Program-made: the position numbers and the translations under genes
The notes under the pieces: generated by a model
What the model was told of the DNA's origin: nothing
Databases searched by the model: none
Seen by the model: the letters and a program-made list of their open reading frames with translations, nothing else
Part shown: piece by piece, positions 49,980-62,725 of the stretch
How the letters are laid out: each line of letters begins with the position of its first letter
Position numbering within the stretch: position 1 is the first letter of the stretch
Origin: Chiloscyllium plagiosum
Lineage: Eukaryota
Length of the DNA stretch: 64,000 bases
Direction of reading: 5' to 3'
NCBI RefSeq assembly: GCF_004010195.1
Contig: NC_057759.1
Coordinates: forward strand, 2,399,199 to 2,463,198

Positions 49980-51330
49980 AATGCCGTTCGTCTTATGTGT
50001 AGAGGCAGATACCAGGCGAGTGGAAAATGAAGGAATCATCAAATTCCAGTTTGTGCAATGGGCAGGATTGGTCATGCCAATTATGAGGCACAACATGTCG
50101 ATTTGCCTTTGTGGGGATTTCAAAAAATAAACGGGTTTTCAGAGCTGGATGAATACCCAATCCCGCAAATATGCGCACTTATACGCAAAACTGGTAGGGC
50201 GCTGGACTTCACAATGCTGAACAGGAGACATGAATGCCTGTGATTGCAATTGGATAAGGATGCCCACAAGTATACTAAAATGACTATCCACAGGGTTTTA
50301 TATTCATATATGAGACAGCTTTTTGAGGTATCATCTGAGACTCCTACTTATATCTTTAGCCACAGCTCCCTGATTGGCCCACATTAATGGCCCAAATCAG
50401 GGATCTTTTGCTCAATGGCATCCACCTAATACTTGTTCCACTTGCTAAAATTTCCTAAAATCGAATTACTTTGGCATGTAAGTATATCTCCATACCCTCC
50501 ATCGTCTGGCAGAAAGACCAGTCCAAACATTGAAGGCAGACTTCAAGAAACAACCTACAGATTCACTCGATAACAATCTGTCCTGGTTTGTGTTCTATTA
50601 TTGGACCGTCTCGTAAGCAGCTACAGGGATAGCTCCAGCAGAGTTGCTAATGGAGAGAACTGTCCATATCAGGTAAAACCTGGTCTTACTGAGGGAGAGT
50701 TTGAAACGTCTTCTGGAACTCCACTGCTGGACATATGACGCCTCTAAGCGAGAGAGACTGTTTACGTTAGGGGACGACGCTTGGTGTTGAAACGAGGGGA
50801 ATGGTTCAACATGAGTAAGAGGCGTGATCCCGTGACGTACAAATTTGGGTAGGAGATGCAATTCTGAAGCACAGTGACCACATGAAAGCAGCAACTTCAG
50901 AAACGGGGCAGTAGCAAAACTTACCTCACACCCTCAGAATATCTAGCAAGGATGTCAGAGACCATGAATTCGCCCAGTCTGCCTATTCTCACAGACATCT
51001 TTCAGGACGAGATGAAGACGTATGTATCACAGCCTCAACGCTGTATCCAAGTGAGGAAGACGATGCATTTCTTCTGAAACGCTCCAGGTGCAAGAGGCTG
51101 GCTACCGTCTGGTATCCAAGGCAGAGTCAGAGGGACTGGACGCCCAAGGAGAAGGTACGGAAAAAGAACAGGCCTATGTCTCAGGACTGAGGGAAGGTAG
51201 GACACAGTGTTTGGAATGAGGTCAGCCAGGTGGTCCTGACAGAATATAAGTTCCCTGATTGGGACTGTTAACCTGTTCCGATCAGGGCGGCCTGGATGAC
51301 AGAGGGGCAGGGGTTCTATTTAATCTAGGA
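49980..51330 (+). mobile_element. Highly decayed second Gypsy relic (RT, integrase tail, LTR-like pieces)
   Basis: LWGFQ..N...LDEYPIPQI..L RT motif at ~50110-50180; ctccctgattgg...atcaggg LTR-like motif at ~50365 and ~51250. Confidence 0.55.
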
Positions 51331-51347
51331 TTCCGGGATTTTAATAG

Positions 51348-51493
51348 CAGCCTCTTAGAGTTATTTCACTCGCTTTCCGAGATTCATGCCCAAAGATACC
51401 CGGACCCCTCTGCACTGAATCAGCCTCTTAGAGTTATTTCACTTGCTTTCAGAGATTCATGCCCAAGGATATCCGGATCCCTCTGCACTGAAT
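51348..51493 (+). repeat. 73-bp tandem duplication
   Basis: 51348-51420 versus 51421-51493, 5 mismatches. Confidence 0.95.
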
Positions 51494-51814
51494 CACTCTG
51501 AAATTTCTCCTCATTCAGATAATAAGTTGCCTTTATTCTCAGGAGAAGTGTTATTACCACTGTTGAACTTAATTCCTAAGTTGCCTTCCACTTATATATC
51601 AGACACGATAAGCAGCCAAGCCTCCAATCTGTTATATGAAATGTTCATGAAAACTCATTGGTTCTTCAGTTTCTCTTTCTGACACATAATTTCACTTCCT
51701 CAATCCCACTCTTCCCCCTCTGTACTCCACTGAACATGACATTTACAAAGTGGGAACCTGTTACCCCACAGCGGCCTCTCCTGAAAATGGTGCCAGCACT
51801 CGTGCTGTTTGCAG

Positions 51815-51830
51815 TGGCCACCAGGGAGCG
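51815..51830 (+). promoter_or_regulatory. CTCF-like site
   Basis: TGGCCACCAGGGAGCG closely matches the CTCF core and lies in non-repeat sequence between the two receptor genes. Confidence 0.4.
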
Positions 51831-52899
51831 GGACTGACTAGAATATTGCTTGGAAACAGCATCGAAACAGCAATGCAGCTAATCCGTCTGTCACTGCAAT
51901 TCCCTTTTCTCTTTCAGAATCAAACAAAATATGCACTTACCTTTCTGAGAGACTGTCAATGGGAAAATCAGCACAGTACAGGCAGTCGACTCTGTAAGGA
52001 CGGAAGGTTTGTATGCAGTTACAGCAAGTAATCAGGAACGCTCGTAGGATATTCTGCTTCATTGTGACGAGAATTGAATGTAAGAGTGGGGCGGTTTTGC
52101 TTCAATTAGACAGGGGGCTGGCGTTTCCGCATCTGTAGTACTCTGCAGAATTGTTCACCGTCCTAGTAATGGATGCAGGAGGTTCGTAACACACAACAGC
52201 TGCTATTTCTGTTCTTATAACCTGTAAAGTTAACTCTGTTCTGTCTCTGTTCACAAATGCTGCCAGCCTTGCTGAGTTTCTCTATTACTTTCTGTGCGTT
52301 TAACGTGTAACGTTAATTCTCTTGCTCTCTCTCCACAGATGCTGTCCGACCTGCTGAGTTTTCCAGCACTTCCACTGCTTGTTTCAGATCTCCATCATCC
52401 GACAGTTTTTGTTAATGGATACTGCAATTCTGATCATAGCATTCCTGATGCCATATTGACCAGTTGTAAGTAAAAATACTGTGTGCCGTAAAATAAGTCG
52501 AGATGGGTCAGTGGCACAGTATACAGATGGAAATATCAGATTAATACTTTTTAGACTCTATCCAAAAATTATGACATGCAAATTTGTGCTGCCACAATGT
52601 TATTTTCCGAATCGCAAGTGCGAGCACGAGCAATACGAAACAGAAGTGCCAGAAAGAGAGTTAGCGTAACAGATCACAAACACATAAAGTGCTGGAGAAA
52701 CTCAGCAGATCTCAGTGTAAACATGGATAACGAGGGAGACAGTCTGCCCAGTCAAAGAAAAAAGAGGGATCATGTGTTTGGAGGCAGAATGTGTAGGTGT
52801 GATTCTAAATGAGCATTTGGCATTCATTCAGTAAAAGGATATCAAGGAGATAGTGAGATTTGTGTGGAGCATACTAATATGCTACAGCATATTAATTAT

Positions 52900-54500
52900 T
52901 AGTGGAGACCAAGAAAGAAGAGATGGTGGGTCTCTTAAAGAGCATTAAGGTGGCTACGTCCTAAGGGCCCTACGGTACCTACTCCAAAGTCCGATGGTAT
53001 CTACTCTAGGTTATTGAGAGAGGCAAGAGAGGGAATTTTCTGGGGCCTTGACTAAGATCTTTGAATCCTCGCTAGCCAATGGAGAGATGCTGGCGAACTG
53101 GCAAGTACCTAACGTTGTCCCTTTGTTCAACAAAGAAATTAAGGATAATGCAGGAAACTGTAGATCAGTAAAACTCACATCAGTGGTTTGGAAACTGTTG
53201 GAGAGAGTTCCAAGCAAGAGGATGTGTGCACATTTGGAAAAGCATGGCATAATCAGTGACAGTCAGTATGGGTTTGTGCGGGCCATCTCATGTCTTACTA
53301 ACTTGATTGAATTTTTTTTAAGATGGTGACGAAGGTGATATATGACGTTTGAACTGTGGGTATTATTTACATAACTTTTACTAAAACTTCCATCAATGTC
53401 CTTCTTGGTTGGCTCATCCAGAAGATTAAGATCCACAGTGACTAGTTTGCGTTGATTCAGAATTGGCTTGCCCAAAGAAGACAGATGGTAGTTGTGGAAG
53501 GGTAGTTTTCAGGCTGGTGGTCCGTGACTAGTGGTGTTACAGAGGGATCTGACTCAGGATCACTGCTGTTTGTGATTACATAAATGACTTAGTTGAAAGT
53601 GTAGATGGGTGGATCATTAAGTTTTCAGATGACACAAAGATGGATGGAGTTTTGGATAGTGTAGAAGGCTGTTATAGGATACAGCCGGATATAGATCAGT
53701 TGCAGTTTTGGGCAGTGAAATGGCAGATGGAGTGGAATCCATGCAAATGTGAGGTGCTACACTTCGGGAGATCAAATGTTAAGGAAAATCATTCAGTTAA
53801 TCGTCCAGCACTGAGGTACAGAGGGATCTCGCGTTTCCAGTCTCGCTAAAAGTAGCCTTGCAAGTAGATAGGATGGTAAAGAAGGCGTTGTCATGCTTGC
53901 CTTTATTGAATGGATAATTGAGTACAAGAGTCAGGGTTTAATATTGCAGCTTCATAAGACCGTGGTTTGTTCTTACTTAGAGCATTGTGTTTAATTTTAT
54001 TCGTAATGTTTCAGGAAGGATGTGGCGGATTTGAAAGGATACAGAAGAGTGTTACCAGGATGCTGGCTGGATTTGAGGGAATTAAATATAATGAGAGTTC
54101 GGAAAAATTTGGATTGTTTTCTCTTGAGTGGCGCAGGCTGAGGGGAAATTTAATCGAACTATAGAAAGGGGTGACGGTTGGAATCTTTTTTCACAGAGTT
54201 AAAATTTCTGATACTGGAGGCATACTTTTGGGGGGGTCCATTAAAAGTACATGTGAGGGGCGAGTTGTTTTTACACAGCGAGTGATAGTGTCTGGAACGT
54301 ACTGCCAGGGATGGAGGCTGAGGCAGGCACATTAAGGGCATTTAAGGGAATTTTTGATAAGCATTTGAGAATTCAAGGAATGGAGTGACATGGACCAAGA
54401 GCCAACATGAGGGATCAGTTTCATTTGGTGTTCTGCTTGACATAACATCGGGGGCAGAGGATCCTGTAGCTGCGCTGTGTTGTTTTATGTTCTCTGCTAC
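52900..54500 (+). mobile_element. CR1 LINE RT region to 3' end
   Basis: WQVPNVVPLFNK...SQYGFV..SCLTNLIEFF; KCEVLHFGR. Confidence 0.88.
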
Positions 54501-55309
54501 TGGTTAAAAACACTGAAATTTCCGGAAAAACTCAAAGTGAAACAGAGTTAACATTTCGACTCCAGTGACCCATCTTCAGAACTGAATGGGATTGGAAAAA
54601 TGGTGTTTGTGATACAGTCAAGAGAGGAGGCGTGAATGGAAAAGTGTCTGCTGGTGCAAAGGTCAAAGGGGTTGTTAATTCTGGTGAAAGAGGAAAAGAG
54701 CTATAAAATGGATAGATATTAAGGTGGGGGGAAAAGAGAGTCATTCTGTCTTGGTGGGTTGCACGACTTTCTTTGCTTTCACTTTCTCCAGCGATTTCTA
54801 TTTTAATCACGGATGCTACTGGTTTAACGGCAGAAAGAGACGTGGCAATATATCATCGTCATAACAGCTGCAGAGGTGTATTCAGTCCCAGTGCCTGCTG
54901 TTAAACTCCGATAAAGCTCATTCCAAAGACCGTGTAGGTTTGGTGTGGGGTTTCCTCCTTGGAGAGGAGTTGGGTCAGGATAGGGGTGCATATGCGTGCC
55001 ATGAATCGGGTAAAATTTCCTCTCTCTCTCTCTGTCTCGAAGATGATGGTCAGAAATAAGTTGGCTGTGGCTTATCTCTGGTCCTGCAAGAAGCAAAGAC
55101 TTTGGGCAAAGGAACGGGTTCAGGTTCTCTTAGCAGTGTGCCACAATCTGCTTCAAGATTCCTAGTGACCAGGTTAGAGTCTGATCCTGGACAGCTACGT
55201 GGACTGGAGTCATAAAGTTTGACAGGGCGGAAGCAGGCCCTTTGTCGGAACCCATCCATCCCAGCCAGGTTTCCCAAATTGAACGAGGTTTTGCCTGCAT
55301 TTGGTGCAT

Positions 55310-55545
55310 ATCTGTTTCTCTCTCTACACAGATGCTGTCAGACCTGCTGAGTTTCTCCAGGACTCCCTGTGTCAATAACCTGTAACATTAACTCTGTTTC
55401 CCTCTCTCTCACATTCTCCACACAGGCACCGAGACCTGTTGAGATTTTCCAGGACTTCCTGTGTTCATAACTCTAACATTAACTTTGTTTCTCCCTCTCT
55501 CTTCACACAAATGCTGCCAGACCTGCTGAATTTCTGCAGCAATTC
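55310..55545 (+). repeat. Three tandem copies of a Penelope pLTR sub-segment
   Basis: taacattaactctgtttc..cacagatgctg.cagacctgctgagtttctccag unit; two more copies at ~52205-52400. Confidence 0.7.
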
Positions 55546-55659
55546 TTATTTTACTTTTCTAACGAGAGCACTGCTGTTCCAAAAGCATTGCTAGGAAGGA
55601 CAGATTGGCCCTGGGGGAGTAGAAATTGGATTGGCAAGAATTGGACCTGGATTTTAGGG

Positions 55660-56080
55660 ATTAAATACTGAGGCGATCTTACACAGATTAGGCCTGATTT
55701 TTTCCAGGATTTGGACGGTTAATGGGTGATCTGATCGAAGATATTGACAGGAAAAGACATGGTGGATAAGGAGAAGCTATGTCCACTTTATGGGGAAATT
55801 GTGAGGGCATAGTCTGAGACTTAGGACTGGACCATTGAGGAGAGATGTTATGAAGCACTTCCACATCACAAAGGCTGGGAGAGATTTTTAACTCTTTTCC
55901 AGAAACGGCAGTGGATGATGGAGCAGTTGTGAAATTTCAATCCGAGATCGATCAATGTTTGTTTAACAGCAATATGAAGGTGATAGGGGCCAAAGGCAGT
56001 TATATGGAGATAAGCCACAGATCAGCCATTAAATAGCAAAATAGGCTCGTGAGGCTGAATGACCTACTGCTGTTCCTGTG
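55660..56080 (+). mobile_element. CR1 3' end
   Basis: 3' UTR ggctgaatgacctactgctgttcct. Confidence 0.7.
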
Positions 56081-56159
56081 AAAGCAATTGACTAACTGGA
56101 AATGTGAGCACAGTATGGAGCGAGCAACCTCTTTTTCTTGTTACTGTCTCCTGTTACAG

Positions 56160-56277
56160 GTAAATGTGAGTGAGCAAAGGCATTGCTGTAGCAGGCACCA
56201 GGTCATTCTGAGTTGGAAACTGCTGTGCCATCAAACCGCGTCGGAAATATCGCAGATCTCCGTGCTTCTGATCCTCT
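56160..56277 (+). CDS. Leader (signal peptide S1-like) exon of receptor gene 2
   Basis: ctcctgttacag acceptor and T|gtaagt donor (phase 1). The last 31 nt (56247-56277) read ATA-SQISVLLIL and join in frame to the Ig exon at 62726. Confidence 0.5.
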
Positions 56278-56356
56278 GTAAGTGTGTGTGATGGAGGAAC
56301 TTTATCCCTGACAAACCTGCTTTGTTCTCCGGTCACGGGAGGTTATATTCTGCAGC

Positions 56357-56452
56357 AGATAACCACACACTTCCTTCTCAGTTCCTGGAAAGAAGGAATT
56401 GATTACTGTGGCTAACAAAAAAAACCAAGGTTGGCAGAAAGCGGAAATGAAA
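56357..56452 (+). promoter_or_regulatory. Haematopoietic TF motif cluster just downstream of the leader exon
   Basis: AGATAA 56357, AACCACA 56361, CACTTCCT 56368, TTCCTGGAA 56382, GGAAATGAAA 56443. Confidence 0.5.
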
Positions 56453-56719
56453 GGAATTGTGAGCTTGGATGATAGCGTTTCCCGAGAGAGGGAGAGAGAG
56501 AGAGAGAGAGAGAAAGAACGAGCATTTCAGGTTATTGTCCTTTGTACAATATTATTCAATCTTCTCTGAAATGGATGCAAGTTACACACACACGTACACT
56601 ATGGTCAGAAAATTTCAGGAGAATTTCAGAATACCGCAAAGGAATGGAAACGCGATTACTTTTCATCAACAATAAGACATTTAGCAGGCTGTCACCTTGG
56701 GATCTGGAGAGTTTCAGTG

Positions 56720-57120
56720 ATGGAGCGAGATTGGACAGAGATGGATTGTTTTCCTTAGAGCAGAGGAGATTGAGAAGTGGGGTGGGAGGTTGTGGTGGGA
56801 TATGAAGTATGAAATGATAAGGGGGTAGAGAGGGTAGACAAGAAAAATGCCTTTCCCTTTGATGGTGAAATCAATAGCGAGGGTGCGGGTTTCGGACGGG
56901 ATGAATAGATGGAAGGTAAGGGGGAGGAGGTGTAGATGGGATCTGAGGCAAAAATGAGGGTGATGGAGAATCACTGCCTGTAAGGGTCCTTCAATGTGCA
57001 CTTGCGAAACCAATGTGCCAATGCTGGGAAAATGGGACGACAGTATAGTCAGGTGATTGTTTCTGACTGGCACAGATTTGATGGGCCGAAAGGTATTTTC
57101 TGCGCTGTCGACCTCTTTGG
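56720..57120 (+). mobile_element. CR1 3' end
   Basis: GLFSLEQRRLR. Confidence 0.7.
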
Positions 57121-58289
57121 CTCCGAACCTAGACTGATGACGGTCCTAGCTCTTTTGTGAAATGACGTTAAACAAAGCGAAATTTATGTAAGAGCCTTCA
57201 GATTTCAGATATGTTCTGAAAACAGCTCTGCTGTTATTGTTGCCTTTTGTCTCTGAGCTAGAAACCTTAGTGTGGAGGTCATTGATGGGTATTGACCGAC
57301 TTTGAGGGTATTCTAAGAATTTCTCCAAGGCAAGAAACGCAAAACCATGTGAACTGGATTCCTTTTGCAATAATCTTCCCAAACATAATTTATTTTTTAG
57401 AAACCTAAAATTATGTGATCCTTTATTCTTTTAAGAAAAGTCACATAGGGAACCTGAGCATAGAGAAAACAGGAGGGGAAAACGAGAGGAAAAATAATAG
57501 AAATATACAAACCAAAATTTCTGGTTGTACGAGACAAGGGCGAGAAACCAAAAGGGTCATAATGCAATTCATATCAATTCATATTGCTGCCTCCACATCA
57601 ACGGGACTGAACAGTCAACAGTTTCCATTGAGTTACAGACAGGACATGTGCTGTTTCTCTGTTGCTGCTCCACTTACATTGCTTTGACATTGTCTTTACG
57701 ATGCCGTTTCTAGGACACTGATGGAAATAATGACAATTGCATTTCAATTCCTTTCTGTTTTCCGTGAACGTTGCTCTCCATGGGAAAACTACAAATTTCT
57801 TGAATTATCGTTTGGAAACATGAAGCCGTGCCGTGCATATCTTTTGAGCGACCTTTCCCAAACATGCAACAACTGGAACTTGACCCCGTCTTTGTCGTCT
57901 GGAATTGTGATCATTTTGGCAGAGAGAGCAGAGATCAGTGTATTATTTAAATGGTGATAAACTGCAGAGAGCTGCAAAACAATAGAGACTTGTTTGAGAA
58001 TTTAGGCTGTTTGACAGAACTTGTGCATGAAACACAGAAAGCTGTTTTTGTATCGCATAGTCTTACCAGATCATAGGAACCTGCTCTCTCGTTGGAGAGG
58101 ACCTACTATTGGCGATTTAACACGAGGGTTAGCAGAAATCAGACGAGGGAAGAGGTTGAGAAGGAACATCCTTCATAGTAAACTCAAACTGGGAATTGAA
58201 CCCACGTTTCTGGCACCACACTGGTCTTTAAACCAAAAACCCAGCCAACTGAGATAAATGGTATCGCACAGAAAGCTCGCACGCACGTT

Positions 58290-60500
58290 AATCAGGATGG
58301 GAGAAGAAAATGCAAATCCTAATTTAAAGAGGGTTGGAGTATAAGAATAGGGAAGTCTTTCTGCAACTAAACAAGGTGCTGCGGAGACCACACCTGGAGC
58401 ACTTTGAGCAGTTTTGCTCCCCTTATATAAGGAAAAAGAGAATTTCGCTAGAGGCAGTTCAATGAAGGTTTACTGGGATGATCTCTAGTACGAAGGATTC
58501 GCATATAGACAAAGACTAAATAGATTGGACTCTACTCACAGGAGTTTGGAAGAATGTGAGGTGATCTCACTGAAACATATAGAGGATCAATTCTGAGACG
58601 AGGATGCCCCCTCATGAGACAGTCTAGGAGCAGAGGACATAGTCTCAGAATAAATTGTCACTAATTAAAGACTGACATGGGGAGGAATTTCTTCTCTCAC
58701 AGGGTTGTGAGCCTTTCGAACTCCTTGTCACAGAGAAGGTGGTAGTGAGTGCCTTGTTGAATTACTGCGGTTCCAGTGCTCTAGATCGGGTTAAAATGCG
58801 TTTGGAGAAGGAATTCCAGGAATTTGTTTCAATGACACTGAATGTACAGCCAATTTTCCAAGTCGGGATGGCGAATGGCTCGGACGGGATGGTGTTCCCA
58901 CGTATCTGCTGCCCTTGGCTTTCTGAATGCGAATGTTGATTAGTTTGGGAGGTGGTGTTTGAGGAGCTATTGCGAATTTCTCCAGTGGATCTTATAGATC
59001 GTAGACGCTGCTGCTACTCTTAAAGATCAAGGATTTTTCTTTGCGTTTATCACCAGGAGATGGGGGAGATACTGAATGATTATTGTGAGTCAGTTTTGCT
59101 ATTGAGAAAAAAATAAAGCCAGGAGAATACGGAGCAATAAATTCAGATGTTTCTAAACCAGTTCACATCACAGAAGAGGATGTTCGAGAGGTCTTAGAGA
59201 ATACAAAGGTGGATAAATCTCCTGAACCTGATTCAATGTATGGCAAAGTGTTATGGAAAATACAGAGGTTAATTATAAGGCATCTTGCAGAAATATTTCC
59301 ATCATCTATGACGATGGGTCAGGTGCCTGATGTATGGAGGGTGGCTAATGCTGTACCTTCCTTTAAGACAATTTGTAAGGAGAAACTGAGTAACTGTATA
59401 CTTGTGAATCTGCCTGCAGTTGTGGCTAAATTGTTACAGGCGATTCTAGTAGAAAGGATATGTGTTCATTTCGAGAGGCATCAATTGATTAGGGATCATC
59501 AGCAAAGTTTTGTGTGAGAAAAATATCGTCACAAACTTGCCTGAGTTTTCTGAAGGTCTATCAAACAGACTGATGAGGACAGTGCAGTTGATGTTGTTTA
59601 TTTTCATGTCAGTAAGCCTTTGACAAGGTTCAGTATGGTAGAATAATTAGCAAAGTTACGTCATATAAGATTCAGGGTGAGCTTCCCAGCTGGATACAGT
59701 TATCTTTCCAGAAGAAGATAGAGTGTCATGATAGAAAGTTGCTTTTCAGACTGGAGGCATGTCACCAGCGGCGTTCCGCACGGATCGGTTCCGGGTCCTC
59801 TTTTGTTTATCATTTATATGAATGGTTTGGATGAGAAAATGGAATAATTAGCACGTTTGTAGATGACAATAAAAGTGCGGCTTAGTCGAAGTGAATAAGG
59901 TTTTCAAAGATTACAAACGAATCTTGAATAATTGAGTCAATGGGCTGAAAAATGGCAGATATGGGGGACAGATTTACAGACTCGGAGGCACCTTTTTAAG
60001 GTGAAAGGAGAGAGCTTGAAAAAAGACATAAGAGGCTACCTTTTACCCACGGAGTTTTTTTTTTTACTCTGAGATGAACTTCCCGAGGAAGTTATAGCTG
60101 TGGGTGTAATTATGTTAAAAAGACATTTGGATTAATACATTATTCGGAAATGTTTGGAGGGATATGGGCCAGGAGCAGGCCGGAGGGACTTGTTTAGTTT
60201 GGGATTATATTCGGCATAGATTGGTTGGACTGAAGGGTGTATTTACATGCTGTAAGACCCTATGACTTTATACTGAGTACCGCTGATGGAGGGAGTGGAT
60301 ATTTAGATATTTAAATGTGGTGCCCATCAAATGTGCCAATCTTGTCCCTGAATGCATGGAGCTTTTGGAGTACTGATGGATCTGCAGAAATTCAGGAAAA
60401 TGGGAAGTATTCCATCACACACCTCAGTTGTGCCTTTTCCATGGTGGACAGGCTTTTGGGGAGAATCAGGAGGTGAGTTACTCGCTGCAGTGCTGCTGCT
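58290..60500. mobile_element. CR1 fragments (plus) interleaved with RTE-X-like fragments (minus)
   Basis: DKSPEPD..WRVANAVP RT motifs in 59209-59517 and 3' tails. Confidence 0.75.
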
Positions 60501-60508
60501 TAATAGTG

Positions 60509-61624
60509 GAGAAAGTGAGGACTTCAGATGCGGGAGATCAGAGCTGAAAATGTGTTGCAGGAAAAGTGCAGCAGGTCAGGCAGCATCCAAGGAACATGAG
60601 AATCGACGTTTCGGGCATGAGCCCTTCTTCAGGAATGAGGAAAGCGTGTCCAGCAGGCTAAGATAAAAGGTAGGCAGGAGGGACTTGGGGGAGGGGCGTT
60701 GGAAATGCGATCGGTGGAAGGAGGTCAAGGTGAGGGTGATAGGCCGGAGTGGGAGCGGAGAGGTCAGGAAGAAGATTGCAGGTAAGGAAGGCGGTGCTGA
60801 GTTCGAGGGATTTGACTGAGACAAGGTGGGGGGAGGAGAAATGAGGAAACTGGAGAACTCTAAAGACCACTCCCTCCGTGACTCCCTCGTCAGGTCCACT
60901 CCCGGCACCTTCCCCTGCAACCGCAAGAAATGCAAAACTTGCGCCCACACCTCCCCCCTTGCTTCCCTCCAAGGCCCCAAGGGATCCTTCCATATCCACC
61001 ACAAATTCACCTGCACATCCACACACATCATTTATTGCATCCGCTGCACCCGATGTGGCCTCCTCTATATTGGGGAGACAGGCCGCCTACTTGTGGAACG
61101 TTTCAGAGAACACCTCTGGGACACCCGGACCAACCAACCCAACCAACCCGTGGCTCAACTCTTCAACTCCCCCTCCCACTCCACCAAGGACATGCAGGTC
61201 CTTAGACTCCTCCATCGCCAGACCATAGCAACACGAAGGTTGGGGGAAGAACGCCTCATCTTCCGCCGAGGAACCCTCCAACCACAAGGGATGAACTCAG
61301 ATTTCTCCGTTTTCCTCATTTCCCCTCTCCCCAACTTGTCTCACTCAAATCCCTCGAACTCCGCACGACCTTTCTAAACTGCAATCTTCTTCCTGACCTC
61401 TCCGCCCACACCCACACTCCGGCCTATCACCCTCACCTTAACCTCCTTCCACCGATCGCATTTCCAACGCCCCTCCCCCAAGTCCCTCCTCCCTACCTTT
61501 TACCTTAGCCTGCTGGACACACTTTCCTCATTCCTGAAGAAGGGCTCATGCCTGAAACGTCGATTCTCCTGCTCCTTGCATGCTGCCTGACCTTCTGCGC
61601 TTTTCCAGCAACACATTTTCAGCT
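60509..61624 (+). mobile_element. Penelope-like element: inverted pLTR, GIY-YIG endonuclease 3' part, pLTR
   Basis: ORF FTCTSTHIIYCIRCTRCGLLYIGETGRLLVERFREH; ~320-bp inverted arms; TSD gctgctgcttaatagtg at 60492-60508 and 61622-61638. Confidence 0.93.
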
Positions 61625-61674
61625 GCTGCTTAATAGTGCTAGCGTCCTGGCTTCGATATTTCCCCTTGGGCTAT

Positions 61675-61900
61675 TGTCTGTCTGGAATCTCCTTCGGGTG
61701 CTCCGGCTCCTTCCACAATTCAAAGATGGTTAGGTTAGGTAAATTAGCCATGCTAAATTGCCTAAAGTGTTCAGAGATGCGTAATTTTGGTGCTATAGTC
61801 AGGGGTAAATATAGGGGAATAGGGTAGGGGAATGTGTGGGATACCTACCGCAGTTTAGTTTGGAATTATTGGCCCAAATGGCCTGATTCCACATTATACA
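61675..61900 (+). mobile_element. HE1 SINE, 5'-truncated
   Basis: tccttcgggtgctccggctccttccaca...taaattgcc body. Confidence 0.7.
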
Positions 61901-62029
61901 CGATGATAATCGGTACAGTTAAAACTTCCAAGCAGTAAATTAACTGATGTCTGTCAGTTATCGGCCCTTTGAAAACGAAACATACCAAGCTAATGGTTCG
62001 CCTCACAGTAATAATGCATCAAATATGCG

Positions 62030-62525
62030 GCCGAACTTGGATTATTGCATCCAATTCTAGTCACATTATTACAGGAGGAATGCAGAAGCTCTGGAAAGGG
62101 TTCAGAGGACATTTACTAGGATGATGCCTGGTATGGAGGGAAGGTCTTTTGAAGGCAGGCTAAGGGAGTGGAGACTCTTTTCGTTAGAGGGAAACAGATT
62201 GAGAGATAACTTAATTGAGACATGTAAGATAATCAGAGGGTTATATAGGGTCAACGGATGATGGCTAGCACGAGGGACATAGCTTTAAAGTGATGTGTGG
62301 CAGATGTACGACAGATGTCATAGGTAGTATCTTTACTCAGAGAGTAGTAGGAGCGTGGAACTCCCCGCTGCAACAGTAGTAAACCCGCCGACATTAAGTG
62401 CATCAAAATGGTCATTGGATAAACATATGGATGAAAATGGAATATTGTTGGATTGATGGGCTTCAGGTTGATTCCACAGCTCAGCACGATATCAAGGGCT
62501 AATGTTGTATACGCTATGCTCTATG
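62030..62525 (+). mobile_element. CR1 3' end
   Basis: gaaagggttcagaggacatttactaggatg and 3' tail. Confidence 0.75.
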
Positions 62526-62725
62526 CAATCCAGGATTAGGTGCCACCAAAATTCATCAAGCTCAAACCTTTTTGTCTTGACTGCATCGTTTGATCATTAG
62601 CCAATTTGAACTGGAGCTCTGCACATTGGGATACTGAGGTTGAACTGTGCGTTGTATTTATAGCAGTGAGAGTTCAAAATATATAATGATTGGATCAGTC
62701 TTTCCGCTTCTATCTCTTTCTTCAG

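Noticed and set aside
57765..57782. Possible signal-peptide mini-exon (L)NVALH(G) for gene 2
   Set aside because: Phase and residues fit, but both splice sites are non-canonical (cg and gg), so it cannot be supported.
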